DNA from: an uncultured beta proteobacterium
GTDB lineage: Bacteria > Pseudomonadota > Gammaproteobacteria > Burkholderiales > SG8-39
Reading direction: 5' to 3'
Assembly: GCA_963743805.1 (NCBI GenBank)
Contig: CAVUQY010000005.1
Span: forward strand, 1,075,505-1,139,504
Length of the DNA: 64,000 nt
Shown here: positions 23,236 to 32,953 of the stretch, in pieces
Layout of the letters: each line of letters opens with the position of its first letter
Numbering within the stretch: the stretch's first letter is position 1
Position numbers and translations under genes: made by a program
Notes under the pieces: generated by a model
What the model saw: only the letters and a program-made list of their open reading frames with translations
Databases searched by the model: none
Told to the model about the DNA's origin: nothing

Positions 23236-24222
23236 ATGCCCATGCGCCGCGTCACCCTGCGCCAGCTGCAGGTCTTCGAGGCCGTCGCCCGCCATCTGTC
23301 GTTCTCGCGCGCCGCGGCGGAGCTCCATCTCACCCAGCCGGCCGTGTCGATGCAGGTCAAGAGCCTCGAGGCCGAAGCGGGGTTGCCGCTGGTCGAGCAG
23401 ATCGGCAAGAAGATCCACCTCACCGAGGCGGGTCGGGAGCTGCAGGCGCGCGCGCACGCCATCGACCGCGAGCTGCGCGCCGCCGAAGAAGCCCTGGGCG
23501 CGATGCGGGGCCTCACCCAGGGACGGCTCACGATCGGGCTCGTTTCGACCGCCAAGTACTTCGCGCCGGAGCTGCTCGGGCGGTTCCTGAAGGCGCATCC
23601 CGGCGTGGCGGTGAAACTGGAGGTCGACAATCGCGAGGCGATGATCGGGCTGCTCGCGGGCAACGAAGTCGACCTCGCGATCATGGGCCGGCCGCCGCAG
23701 GACATGGCGACCGTCGCGGCGGGCTTCGCGCCGCACCCGCACGTGATCATCGCGCCGCCCGATCATCCGCTCGCCGGCCAACGCCGCATCCCGCTCGAGC
23801 GGCTGGCCGAGGAGACGTTCGTGATCCGCGAGCCCGGCTCGGGCACGCGCGGCCTGCTCGAGCGGCTCTTTGCCGAGCACCGGCTCGCGCTCAAGGTGAG
23901 CATGGAGATGGCCTCGAACGAGACGATCAAGCAGGCGGTGATCGCAGGCATGGGCGTCTCGCTTCTGTCGCTCCACACCGTCGGCCTGGAGCTCCAGACG
24001 CAACGGCTCGCGATCCTCGACGTGGCGGGGCTCCCGATCGTGCGCAACTGGTACGTCGTCCATCTCGCGCAGAAGCGGCTCTCCCCCGTCGCCGAGGCGC
24101 TCAAGGCGTACCTGCTCGCCGAGGGCGGCCGCCATCTCGCCGCGCTCGAGGCGCCCGCGCGAAGGGCGCCGCGCACCCGAGCGCGCCCGAACGGTCCACC
24201 GTCTCGCTCCGCTCTTAGGTGA
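23236..24222 (+). CDS. cbbR: LysR-family Calvin cycle regulator CbbR
   Basis: [37 protein letters not shown] and SNETIKQAV; divergent from cbbL. Confidence 0.93.
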   Translation: MPMRRVTLRQLQVFEAVARHLSFSRAAAELHLTQPAVSMQVKSLEAEAGLPLVEQIGKKIHLTEAGRELQARAHAIDRELRAAEEALGAMRGLTQGRLTIGLVSTAKYFAPELLGRFLKAHPGVAVKLEVDNREAMIGLLAGNEVDLAIMGRPPQDMATVAAGFAPHPHVIIAPPDHPLAGQRRIPLERLAEETFVIREPGSGTRGLLERLFAEHRLALKVSMEMASNETIKQAVIAGMGVSLLSLHTVGLELQTQRLAILDVAGLPIVRNWYVVHLAQKRLSPVAEALKAYLLAEGGRHLAALEAPARRAPRTRARPNGPPSRSALR

Positions 24223-24976
24223 GGTACGTCGCGATCTTGCCGCGCAGCACCGGCGCGCCGTCGCGGTCGACCTCGATCGCGTAGTGCGTGAGCGGCAGCG
24301 CCGCACCGTCGAGGCGCACCGACGCAACCAGGGGCGCGTCCGCCGGGGTGCGCTCGACGAAGAAGGCGAGATCGCGCAGCGCGACCAGGTAGCCGACCCG
24401 CGGCCCGGCTCCGCCTGACTCGCCCGATGGCTCGCGCGAGCGCCGGACGGCCTCCCAGAGCGCCGCGGCTTGCGCCGCCGCCTCCACGGCGGCGAAGGCC
24501 GGTGCGCTGCCGCCGACGACGAGCGCACAGGCGGCCGGAATCCGCGCCTCGCAAACCAGGCCTTCGGGCATCTCCCCGATGATCGAAGTGACGAAGCGCA
24601 TCGGCGGTTGCTGCGGGAGCAGGGATTCGATGGGCACGCCCTGCCCCACCCCCGCCGTCCGATGGGCCAGCGTCCCGGCCGGCGCCTCGGGAGGACCGAG
24701 GCCGAGCGCGCCGTTCGCGACGACCGCGCCGTCGCGCCTCACCTCGATGTTCACGCACTCGTCGTCACGGCGGCGCGCGGCGAGCGTCAGGCGATCGCCG
24801 GGCGCGACGAGCTGCCGCAATCGGAGGTGCGGGATCGTCCGCAGCGGCAGCGGGCGTTGCAGTTCGCGGGCGAGTTGCTCGAGGACCAGCGCGAGCAGGG
24901 CGACGGCCGGAAGGATCGGCCGCCCCGGGAAGTGTCCTTCGCAATAGGCGCCGGGGACGGCAAACGTCGCGGTCAT
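24215..24976 (-). CDS. Double-hotdog 3-hydroxyacyl-ACP dehydratase-like protein (ApeI-like plus ApeP-like fusion)
   Basis: N-domain EGHFPGRPILPAV (FabZ/FabA-like); C-domain LLPQQPPMRF..VEAAAQAAA..GYLVALRD. Confidence 0.7.
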   Translation of the reverse strand: MTATFAVPGAYCEGHFPGRPILPAVALLALVLEQLARELQRPLPLRTIPHLRLRQLVAPGDRLTLAARRRDDECVNIEVRRDGAVVANGALGLGPPEAPAGTLAHRTAGVGQGVPIESLLPQQPPMRFVTSIIGEMPEGLVCEARIPAACALVVGGSAPAFAAVEAAAQAAALWEAVRRSREPSGESGGAGPRVGYLVALRDLAFFVERTPADAPLVASVRLDGAALPLTHYAIEVDRDGAPVLRGKIATYLT

Positions 24977-24980
24977 GCGC

Positions 24981-26174
24981 TCATCCGCGGGTCGCGACGA
25001 TCGCGGCGACGACGAACGACGGGAACACCGCGCGGATCGCGGCGATGTCCGGGAAGACCTGCACGTCCGTGAACCCGTTCGCCTCGAGCGCCGCGCGCCA
25101 CTGCTCGGGCGTCAGGAACCCGCCGTTCGGGCGCCAAGGCGGCGCGAGCACCGGGTCGCGAAACGTGCCCAACAGGTTGAAGACGAACTCGACGTAGACC
25201 GGCCGGCCCGGGAACGGCCGCACGCACTCCGCGATCGCCAGCACGCCCCGGTCGGCGAGCGCCGCCCGCACTTCCGCGAGCGTCGCCGCCAGGTCGCGCG
25301 CGACGTGCAGGACGTTGACGCCGTAGACGAGCGCGCAACTCGCAGGGCCCACCCCGGCCTCGGCAAACGGCCGGTCGATGTCGAGCGAGTGGAACTCGAG
25401 CGGCGCGCCGCGGAAGCGGGCGCGCAGCGTCCGCTCGGCGCGGCGGAGGAACAACGCCGAATGGTCGGTGACCCGGTACTGCGACACCTCGTTCGCACGG
25501 CCCGTCGCCCCGAGCCGGTCGAGCAGCGCCTCGGCACCGCTGCCGAAGCCGGCGCCGAGCTCGAGCACCGCCCCGCCCTCCCGCGGCAGGGCCCGCGCCG
25601 CCGCGACGGCGCCGATCGCGTTCGCGACGCCGTAGAGCGGATTGGCGTTGGAGAAGTACTTCGACCACGCGACCACGCCCTCGGGCCCGAAGAGCGCCTG
25701 CTCGCCGGTGATCTCGCCCCGCAGCACCGACGGGTAAGCGTCCGCCGCGAGTGCGGCGATCCGGTACGACGGCAGGCATCGCTCGTCGTTTGCCGCCTGC
25801 GCCGCGACCAGTTCTTCCGGATCGAGGGCCGGGAGCGCGCGCCCGATCCGATACCGCGCGGCGTCTCCGTCAGCCGTCAGGCGCTCGGCCCAGCCGCGCG
25901 CGGCGAGTGTCCGCAGCAGCCATGCCACCGGCACGCGCGCGGCGGTCGGGTCGAGTTTCGCGCGCTCGATCGCTTCGTCCACCGTTGCGCCGTCGGCGCA
26001 GGCGCGCTCGAGCCCCGCCGCGCGGACCGACTCGAGCGCGAGGCGCGCAACGTACTCCTCGATCAGCTGACACGAGCGGACGAAGGTGTCGTCGAAGAGC
26101 GGCAGGATCTCGGGCGGGATCAGCCGCACCCGCTCGTCGGCCTGGGGGGATCCGTCTCCGATCGGCGACAGCAT
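24981..26174 (-). CDS. Stand-alone SAM-dependent methyltransferase resembling PKS C-methyltransferase domains
   Basis: YPSVLRGE..GEQALF, VLELGAGFGSG, VTDHS, LDID, NVLHVARDL and GVLAIAE motifs. Confidence 0.75.
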   Translation of the reverse strand: MLSPIGDGSPQADERVRLIPPEILPLFDDTFVRSCQLIEEYVARLALESVRAAGLERACADGATVDEAIERAKLDPTAARVPVAWLLRTLAARGWAERLTADGDAARYRIGRALPALDPEELVAAQAANDERCLPSYRIAALAADAYPSVLRGEITGEQALFGPEGVVAWSKYFSNANPLYGVANAIGAVAAARALPREGGAVLELGAGFGSGAEALLDRLGATGRANEVSQYRVTDHSALFLRRAERTLRARFRGAPLEFHSLDIDRPFAEAGVGPASCALVYGVNVLHVARDLAATLAEVRAALADRGVLAIAECVRPFPGRPVYVEFVFNLLGTFRDPVLAPPWRPNGGFLTPEQWRAALEANGFTDVQVFPDIAAIRAVFPSFVVAAIVATRG

Positions 26175-26284
26175 GGGCGGGCGCCTCGAAAACGTCGAGT
26201 CTAGCGCCTGCCGCGCGTCCAGGACAAACGTTCCGGTCGCGGCGTCGGTCGATGCGCGCGCGACGCCGACTGTGCGGTCGCCCT

Positions 26285-26293
26285 TGCTAGAAT
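26285..26293 (+). promoter_or_regulatory. Extended -10 element TGCTAGAAT upstream of the KS gene
   Basis: TGn-TAGAAT about 20 nt before the ORF start. Confidence 0.4.
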
Positions 26294-26312
26294 CGCAATC
26301 GCAGGTTCACCT

Positions 26313-27503
26313 TTGCGCACCCGCTTGACTCCCCTCATCGTCACTGCGTACACCGGCGTCAACTGCCTGGGCGAAGGCGTGGACGCATGGTGGAGCGCGT
26401 TGCGCGCGCGCCGCTCGGGCCTGCAAGCGTGCGCGTTCGAGGATGCCGCGCTCGAGACGTTCGTCGGCCAGGTGGACGGCGTCGAGCGCGTGAGGCTGCG
26501 CGCCGAGCTCGAGCGGTTCGACTGCCGCAACAATCGCCTCGCGCAGCTCGGGCTCGAGCAGGACGGCTTCGCGGCGGCGGTCGCGGCCGCACGCGAGCGC
26601 TACGGACCGCGCCGCATCGCCGTGGTCCTCGGCACGAGCACTTCGGGCGTGGGCGCGACCGAGCACGCGTACCGTCACCGCGATCCGGTCACCGGCGCGC
26701 TGCCCGCGGACTTTCATTACACCGAGACGCAGAACACGTTCTCGCTCGCTGCGTTCGTGCGGCGCATGCTCGACCTCGGCGGCGTGGCGCACGTCGTGTC
26801 GACGGCATGCTCGTCGAGCGCCAAGGTCTTTGCCAGCGCGGCGCGGCTGATCGACGCCGGCCTCGCCGACGCCGCCGTCGTCGGGGGCGTCGACAGCCTC
26901 TGCCTCACCACGCTCTATGGCTTCCGTTCGCTCGAGCTGCTGTCCAAAGAGCCCTGCCGTCCGTTCGATGCCGAGCGGACCGGCATCTCGATCGGCGAGG
27001 GCGCCGGCTTTGCGCTGCTCGAGCGCACGGGCGCGGGCGTAGCGCTCGTCGGCGTCGGGGAGAGCGCCGACGCCTACCACATGTCGACGCCGCATCCCGA
27101 GGGCCTCGGCGCGCGGCTCGCGATGGAGCGCGCGCTCGCCGCGGCGTCGGTCGCGCCGGAGGAGATCGGGTACCTGAACCTGCACGGCACGGCGACGCGC
27201 TCCAACGACGCCGCGGAAGGCCGGGCGGTGCGCGCCGTCTTCGGTTCGCGCACGCCGTGCAGCGCGACCAAGGGCGCGCACGGCCATCTCCTCGGCGCCG
27301 CGGGAATCACCGAGGCGCTCGTCGCGATCATGAGCCTCGAACGCGGCTGGCTTCCGGGCACCGCGAACACCCGCACGCTCGACGCCGCGTGCGGCTGCCG
27401 CGTGCTGCTGGAGGGCGAGCCGGCCAACGCGCGCTACGTGCTCTCGAACTCGTTCGGCTTCGGCGGCAACAACTGCAGCCTGGTGTTCGGGCGGACGCCT
27501 TGA
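26313..27503 (+). CDS. Beta-ketoacyl-ACP synthase (type II KS, aryl-polyene/xanthomonadin-cluster type)
   Basis: Catalytic STACSSSA (Cys), NLHGTAT (His), GHLLGAAG (His), plus SNSFGFGG. Confidence 0.9.
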   Translation: MRTRLTPLIVTAYTGVNCLGEGVDAWWSALRARRSGLQACAFEDAALETFVGQVDGVERVRLRAELERFDCRNNRLAQLGLEQDGFAAAVAAARERYGPRRIAVVLGTSTSGVGATEHAYRHRDPVTGALPADFHYTETQNTFSLAAFVRRMLDLGGVAHVVSTACSSSAKVFASAARLIDAGLADAAVVGGVDSLCLTTLYGFRSLELLSKEPCRPFDAERTGISIGEGAGFALLERTGAGVALVGVGESADAYHMSTPHPEGLGARLAMERALAAASVAPEEIGYLNLHGTATRSNDAAEGRAVRAVFGSRTPCSATKGAHGHLLGAAGITEALVAIMSLERGWLPGTANTRTLDAACGCRVLLEGEPANARYVLSNSFGFGGNNCSLVFGRTP

Positions 27504-27558
27504 CCGCTCCGGCAACGACGACGCGCAGGCGCATCCGGCGCGCGACCCATCGGGGGAG

Positions 27559-28368
27559 TTGATGGCGGTTTACGTCGATGGCATCGGCCTCCTCGCCCCC
27601 GGGCTGCTCGGATGGCCTGCCGCACGCGCGGTCCTTTGCGGCGAGGCGCGTTACGAGGCGGGCGAGATGCCGCGCCCGAGCGCCGACCTGCTGCCGCCGG
27701 CGGAGCGGCGCCGCTGCGGGGAAATCGTCAGGCTCGCGCTGCACGTCGGCGCCGAGGCGCTCGAAGCGACCGGCGCGCGCGCGGCCGATCTCCCCACCGT
27801 CTTCACCTCGTCATCGGGAAATGGCGAGGTGCTGCACCAGATCTGCGAAACGCTCGCAGGGGCGGTGCGCGACGTCTCCCCGACCCGGTTCCACAACTCC
27901 GTCCACAACGCGCCGGCGGGCTACTGGAGCATCGCCACGGGTTCCCGCGAGGCGTCGACCAGCCTTTGCGCCAACCAGGGCAGCTTCGCCGCGGGCCTGC
28001 TCGAGGCCGCGCTCCAGTCCGCGGCCGAGCGGCGGCGGGTGCTGCTCGTTGCCTACGACGCCCCCAACCCCGCGCCGCTCGCCGCCGCCATTCCGATCGT
28101 CGCGCCGTGCGGCATCGCATTGCTCCTCGGCCACGAGGCCGCGGCGGCGAGCCTCGCGCGGCTCGAGCTCGGGCTCGCCGCCGACGGTGCGGTCACACCG
28201 CTCGCGGACGAAGGCCTCGAGCGCCTGCGGACCGGAAACTCTGCCGGATGTGCGCTGCCCCTGCTCGCGGCGCTTGCGCGGCGGCGGACCGCACGGCTGC
28301 TCATCGAATACCTGCCGGGGCTGTGCCTGGCCGCCACCCTCGACCCGTCCGTTCCGTCAGTCGCGTAA
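27559..28368 (+). CDS. Ketosynthase chain-length-factor-like partner (ApeC/Ketoacyl-synt_2-like)
   Basis: LPPAERRR, VFTSSSG and SPTRFHNSVHNAPAGYWSI; no catalytic Cys motif; directly follows the KS. Confidence 0.8.
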   Translation: MMAVYVDGIGLLAPGLLGWPAARAVLCGEARYEAGEMPRPSADLLPPAERRRCGEIVRLALHVGAEALEATGARAADLPTVFTSSSGNGEVLHQICETLAGAVRDVSPTRFHNSVHNAPAGYWSIATGSREASTSLCANQGSFAAGLLEAALQSAAERRRVLLVAYDAPNPAPLAAAIPIVAPCGIALLLGHEAAAASLARLELGLAADGAVTPLADEGLERLRTGNSAGCALPLLAALARRRTARLLIEYLPGLCLAATLDPSVPSVA

Positions 28369-28449
28369 CGCGTCGGCGGCGCGAGACGACGCCGGTGCAC
28401 ACGAGGCCCGCTCTATAATCGGCCGGGCGTTCGTTACGAGGAGCGGGAG

Positions 28450-29322
28450 ATGGCGAAAGTCGCATTCATCGGTCTCGGGGTCATGGGCGCGCCCATGGCC
28501 CGCCATCTTGCGAAGGCGGGCCATGAGCTCGCCGTCTACAACCGCACTCGCGCGAAGGCCGAGGCCTGGGTCGCGAGCCACGGCGGGCGGCTCGCCGCGA
28601 CGCCGGCGCGCGCGGCCGAGGGCGCGGAGCTGGTGTTCTCGTGCGTCGGCGACGATCCGGACCTGCGCGAGATCGCGCTCGGCGCGGACGGTTCGTTCGG
28701 CGCGATGGCCAAGGGTGCGATTCATATCGACCACACCACCGCATCGGCGCAGGTCGCGCGCGAGCTGGCGGCCGAGGCGGGCAAGCGAGGATTCCACTTC
28801 CTCGACGCGCCGGTCTCGGGCGGGCAGTCGGGCGCCGAGAACGGCGCGCTGACCGTGATGGTCGGCGGCGACGCGCAGGCCTTCGAGCGCGCGCGCCCGG
28901 TCATCGCGCATTTCGCGCGCGCGGTGACGCTGATCGGCCCGTCCGGCGCCGGACAGCTCGCGAAGATGGTCAACCAGATCTGCGTCGTCGGCGTCGTGCA
29001 GGGGCTCGCCGAGGGCATCGACTTCGGCCTGCGCGCGGGGCTCGACGTGAAGCTCGTGCTCGACACGATCGCCAAGGGCGCGGCCCAGTCGTGGCAGATG
29101 GAGAACCGCGGCGCCACGATGCTCGCCGACAAGTACGACTTCGGCTTCGCGGTGGACTGGATGCGCAAGGACCTGCGCATCTGCCAGGAGGAGGCCGCGC
29201 GCAACGGCGCCGCGCTGCCCGGGACGCGCCAGATCGATCGCTTCTTCGCCGAGATCCAGCAGCTCGGCGGCGGGCGCTGGGACACCTCGTCGCTCCTGCG
29301 GCGGCTGCGGAAGAACGCGTGA
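28450..29322 (+). CDS. NAD(P)-dependent beta-hydroxyacid dehydrogenase (3-hydroxyisobutyrate DH/tartronate semialdehyde reductase family)
   Basis: FIGLGVMG, FLDAPVSGG, KMVNQ and KDL motifs; TATAAT at 28414-28419 and AGGAG RBS. Confidence 0.9.
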   Translation: MAKVAFIGLGVMGAPMARHLAKAGHELAVYNRTRAKAEAWVASHGGRLAATPARAAEGAELVFSCVGDDPDLREIALGADGSFGAMAKGAIHIDHTTASAQVARELAAEAGKRGFHFLDAPVSGGQSGAENGALTVMVGGDAQAFERARPVIAHFARAVTLIGPSGAGQLAKMVNQICVVGVVQGLAEGIDFGLRAGLDVKLVLDTIAKGAAQSWQMENRGATMLADKYDFGFAVDWMRKDLRICQEEAARNGAALPGTRQIDRFFAEIQQLGGGRWDTSSLLRRLRKNA

Positions 29323-29327
29323 TCGAG

Positions 29328-30173
29328 ATGCCCTTCACCGCGCCGGCCGAGTACGTCGGCGCGGTGCAGCCGCCGTCCGCGCCGCTCTCGTCGGCGCTGT
29401 GGTTCGTCTTCCGCGAGAGCGATCTCCTCGTTTCGTCGGGCGGCGCGCCGCAGCTGCCGGTGATCCTGCACCCGGACGCCTTGGGCTTCGAGGCGGGGCA
29501 CATCCAGTATCTCGGCCGGCTCGGACCCGAGCACTGCTACGCCTGCGACGTCGGCGCGAGCGTGCCGGCGGCGCAGGGCTGGGAGTGGCGGGGCCTGCGG
29601 TCGCTCTTCACGCGCCTCCCGGACGCGCAGTTCGCGCTCGCCGGGCGCGCGCTGCAACTGGTCGACTGGGACCGCACGCACGGCTACTGCGGCCGCTGCG
29701 GAACGCCGACGAGCCTGCGCACGAGCGAGCGCTCGCGGGAATGCCCGGCGTGCGGGCTGGTCGTCTATCCGCGCATCGCTCCGGCCATCATGGCGCTGGT
29801 GCGGCGCGGGCCCGACGAGATCCTGCTCGGCCGCTCGCACCGGTTTCCGCCCGGGATGCACAGCGCGCTCGCCGGCTTCGTCGAGCCCGGCGAGACGCTC
29901 GAGCAGTGCCTCGAGCGCGAGGTGCTCGAGGAGGTCGGCATCGCGGTCGAGAACGTGCGGTATTTCGCGAGCCAGCCCTGGCCGTTCCCCCACTCCCTGA
30001 TGATCGCGTTCACCGCGGACTGGAAAAGTGGCGAAATCCGCGTCGATCCGCTTGAAATCGAGTCGGCGCAGTGGTTTAACATCCGCGAGCTGCCACCGCT
30101 GCCGCAGCCGATCAGCATTTCGCGGCGGCTGATCGACGCGGTGGTGGCCGACATGATTGCCCGACTGACCTGA
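29328..30173 (+). CDS. nudC: NADH pyrophosphatase / NAD-cap decapping Nudix hydrolase
   Basis: Zn ribbon CGRCG..CPAC, YPRIAPA, Nudix box GFVEPGETLEQCLEREVLEEVG and SQPWPFPHS. Confidence 0.95.
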   Translation: MPFTAPAEYVGAVQPPSAPLSSALWFVFRESDLLVSSGGAPQLPVILHPDALGFEAGHIQYLGRLGPEHCYACDVGASVPAAQGWEWRGLRSLFTRLPDAQFALAGRALQLVDWDRTHGYCGRCGTPTSLRTSERSRECPACGLVVYPRIAPAIMALVRRGPDEILLGRSHRFPPGMHSALAGFVEPGETLEQCLEREVLEEVGIAVENVRYFASQPWPFPHSLMIAFTADWKSGEIRVDPLEIESAQWFNIRELPPLPQPISISRRLIDAVVADMIARLT

Positions 30174-30197
30174 TTTGACCTGATGTGAGGGCGCGCC

Positions 30198-30605
30198 TTG
30201 GACGGACTCCACGTCCTCGCCAACCTGTACCGCTGCCGCGGCGAGCCGCGGTATCTCACCGATGCCGTTGCGCTGCGCAGCCGCTGCCTCGCGGCGATCG
30301 AACGCGCCGGCCTGACCGTCCTCGGCGACCTGTTCCGCCAGTTTCCGGGCGGTGACGGCGCCCCGGATCCGTCGGCCGGCGTGACGGGGTGCGTCGTGCT
30401 CGCCGAGTCGCACGTCGCCATCCACACCTGGCCGGAAATCGGGTGCGTCACCCTGGATGCGTACGTCTGCAACTACTCGCGCGACAACACCGAGCGCGCG
30501 CGTGCGCTGGTGGACGAGCTGACCGCGCTTTTCGACCCCGAAGACTGCGTCCGGCACGACGTGCCGCGCGGCCGCCCGGCCAAGCGCAGCAAGCGCGCGG
30601 CCTGA
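30198..30605 (+). CDS. speD: Pyruvoyl-dependent S-adenosylmethionine decarboxylase proenzyme (class 1B-like)
   Basis: GLHVLANLY.C and GVTG.VVLAE|SHVAIHTWPE..TLD.YVC cleavage motif. Confidence 0.85.
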   Translation: MDGLHVLANLYRCRGEPRYLTDAVALRSRCLAAIERAGLTVLGDLFRQFPGGDGAPDPSAGVTGCVVLAESHVAIHTWPEIGCVTLDAYVCNYSRDNTERARALVDELTALFDPEDCVRHDVPRGRPAKRSKRAA

Positions 30606-30615
30606 CCGCCGCCGC

Positions 30616-31917
30616 TCAGCCGGAACCCGGGCTCGCGACGAGCACGGCCCGCGCGCGCGCAGGCAGCCCCATGAACCGGAAATCCGGCTCCGGCACGCGC
30701 CCGCCCACGATGTCCGCGATCGCCTGCCCGGACCCGCAGGCCATCGTCCACCCGAGCGTGCCGTGGCCGGTGTTCAGGAAGAGGTTCGGGTAGCGCGTCC
30801 TGCCGACGCACGGCACGTTGGAGGGCGTCGCCGGCCGCAGCCCGGTCCAGAACTCCGCGCGGGCGGGATGCCCGGCGCCCGGGAACAGGTCCAAGGCGCG
30901 CCGCGCGATCGCCTCGCAGCGCTCGTCGTCCACTTCGGTGTTGTAGCCGTCCATCTCGGCGGTGCCGGCGACGCGCAGCCGCTCGCCGAGCCGCGAGAAG
31001 ACCAGCTTGTGCTCGACGTCCGTGAGGCTGACGGTGGGCGCTTCGTCGCCGGCGTCGAGCGGCACCGTGATGGAGTAGCCCTTCAGGGGATAGACCGGAA
31101 TCGAGATGCCGAGCGGCGCCAGGACGAGCGGGCTGTAGCTCCCGAGCGCGACGACGTAGGCCTCCGCCGACACCGGGTCGTCGCGGCCCGTCGCATCGGC
31201 GAGCACGACGCCTTGCACGCGACCGCCCTCGACCGCGATGCGCTTGATGGCCCGGCCGTACTCGAATCGCACGCCCTGCCCCGCGGCGAGCCGCGCGAGC
31301 CCCTGGGTGAACTTGCACGCGTCGCCCGACTCGTCGTCCGGGGTGTAGATGCCACCGACGATCCGGTCGGCCGCGTGGCGCATCGCCGGCTCGATCGCGA
31401 TGCACTCCTCGGCCGTCTTCACCTCGGCCGCGCACCCGTAACGGCGCATCCGCTCGGCCTGAGCGGTGGCCCGCTGGAATGCCTGGTCGTCCGTGTGGAA
31501 CGCGAGGATGCCGCGCGCGAGCTGGTCGTACTCGAGGCCGGTGTCGCGCCGGAGCTCGCGCAGGAGCCGGCGGCTGTAGAGCGCGAGCGCGAGGAGCTGC
31601 CGCGTGTTCTCGCGGTTGCGGGACGGCAGGCATTCGAAGAGGAACCGCGCGCCCCACGCCCATTGACGCCACTCCGCGCGCGGCCGGAAGACGAGCGGCG
31701 CGTCGTCGCGGCCGAGCCAATGCAGGAGCTGCGCCGGCACGCCCGGGTGGGCCCACGGCTCGGCGTGGCTCGCCGAGATCTGCCCGCCGTTCGCGAAGCT
31801 CGTCTCGAGCCCTGCGGTGCCCTGCCGCTCGATCACGGTGACCTCGTGACCGGCGCGGGCCAGATACCAGGCGCTCGCCGTGCCCACGACACCCGCGCCG
31901 AGCACGATCACCCGCAT
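30616..31917 (-). CDS. dadA: D-amino acid dehydrogenase small subunit
   Basis: LGAGVVG, ETSFANGGQIS, YPLKGYSIT, WTGLRPATP and NTGHGTLGWT motifs. Confidence 0.93.
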   Translation of the reverse strand: MRVIVLGAGVVGTASAWYLARAGHEVTVIERQGTAGLETSFANGGQISASHAEPWAHPGVPAQLLHWLGRDDAPLVFRPRAEWRQWAWGARFLFECLPSRNRENTRQLLALALYSRRLLRELRRDTGLEYDQLARGILAFHTDDQAFQRATAQAERMRRYGCAAEVKTAEECIAIEPAMRHAADRIVGGIYTPDDESGDACKFTQGLARLAAGQGVRFEYGRAIKRIAVEGGRVQGVVLADATGRDDPVSAEAYVVALGSYSPLVLAPLGISIPVYPLKGYSITVPLDAGDEAPTVSLTDVEHKLVFSRLGERLRVAGTAEMDGYNTEVDDERCEAIARRALDLFPGAGHPARAEFWTGLRPATPSNVPCVGRTRYPNLFLNTGHGTLGWTMACGSGQAIADIVGGRVPEPDFRFMGLPARARAVLVASPGSG

Positions 31918-31986
31918 GCGGCGCCTCTTGCCAATGTCATGCGCAAAAGCGTACACGCAGTCGCGCGCAGGTGCAGCCCGGAAGCG

Positions 31987-32013
31987 AAACGGCCGCCTTG
32001 CAGGCGGCCGTTT
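31987..32013 (-). terminator. Hairpin AAACGGCCGCCT-TGC-AGGCGGCCGTTT, likely terminator of the SDR-FAH unit
   Basis: Perfect 12-bp stem about 30 nt downstream of the FAH stop. Confidence 0.6.
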
Positions 32014-32042
32014 GCCGGATCCCCGCTGCCGCGGGGCGAGGG

Positions 32043-32894
32043 TCACTTGCCGGTGTAGGCGACCACCCGCTGGCGCTGCTCGCCGAGGCCCTGGATGCCG
32101 AGGGTCATCACGTCACCCGGCTTGAGCCAGACCGGCTCGGGCTTCTTGCCCATGCCGACGCCCGGCGGCGTCCCGGTGGTGATGATGTCGCCCGGCATCA
32201 GGGTCATGTACTGCGACAGGTGGGATACGATCCGCGCGACCGAGAAGATCATCGTGCGCGTGTTGCCGGTCTGCATGCGCTCGGTGTTCACGTCGAGCCA
32301 CATCTCGAGCGTCTGGGGATTCGGGATCTCGTCGGTGGTCACCAGCCACGGGCCGATCGGGCCGAACGTGTCGCAGCCCTTGCCCTTGTCCCACTGGCTC
32401 GTCGCCATCTGGAACGAGCGCTCGGACACGTCGTTCACGATGCAGTAGCCGGCGACGTGCTCGAGCGCCTTCTCCTCCGCCACGTACTGCGCCTTGGTGC
32501 CGATCACCACGCCGAGCTCCACCTCCCAGTCGAGCTTGGTCGAGCTGCGCGGCTGCACGACGTCGTCGTTCGGCCCGCTGATCGAGGTGGTGGCCTTCAT
32601 GAACACCACCGGCTCGGACGGCACCGGCAGCCCCGACTCCGCGGCGTGGTCGCTGTAGTTCAGGCCGATCGCGACGAACTTCGTGATGCCGGTGTACGGC
32701 ACGCCGAAGCGCGGCTCGGTCTTGATCAGCGGCAGCGACTCCGGCCTGATCTTGCGCAGCCGCGCGAGCCCCTTGGGCGAGATGGTGTCCTGGTCGATGT
32801 TCGCGAGCACGCCGGACAGGTCGCGCAGCATGCCCTGAGAGTCGATCATCCCCGGCTTTTCGTAGCCGTTCTTGCCCCAACGACACAGCTTCAT
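32043..32894 (-). CDS. Fumarylacetoacetate hydrolase family protein (diketo-deoxy-sugar-acid hydrolase-like)
   Basis: IGLNYSDH, DWEVELG, NDVSER, KGCDTFGPIGP and TGTPPGVG motifs. Confidence 0.9.
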   Translation of the reverse strand: MKLCRWGKNGYEKPGMIDSQGMLRDLSGVLANIDQDTISPKGLARLRKIRPESLPLIKTEPRFGVPYTGITKFVAIGLNYSDHAAESGLPVPSEPVVFMKATTSISGPNDDVVQPRSSTKLDWEVELGVVIGTKAQYVAEEKALEHVAGYCIVNDVSERSFQMATSQWDKGKGCDTFGPIGPWLVTTDEIPNPQTLEMWLDVNTERMQTGNTRTMIFSVARIVSHLSQYMTLMPGDIITTGTPPGVGMGKKPEPVWLKPGDVMTLGIQGLGEQRQRVVAYTGK

Positions 32895-32953
32895 TTTGTA
32901 GTTCTCCAGGTCTAGCGATGCAGTGAGGGCCGCGCCATACGGCCCTGGTTTGT

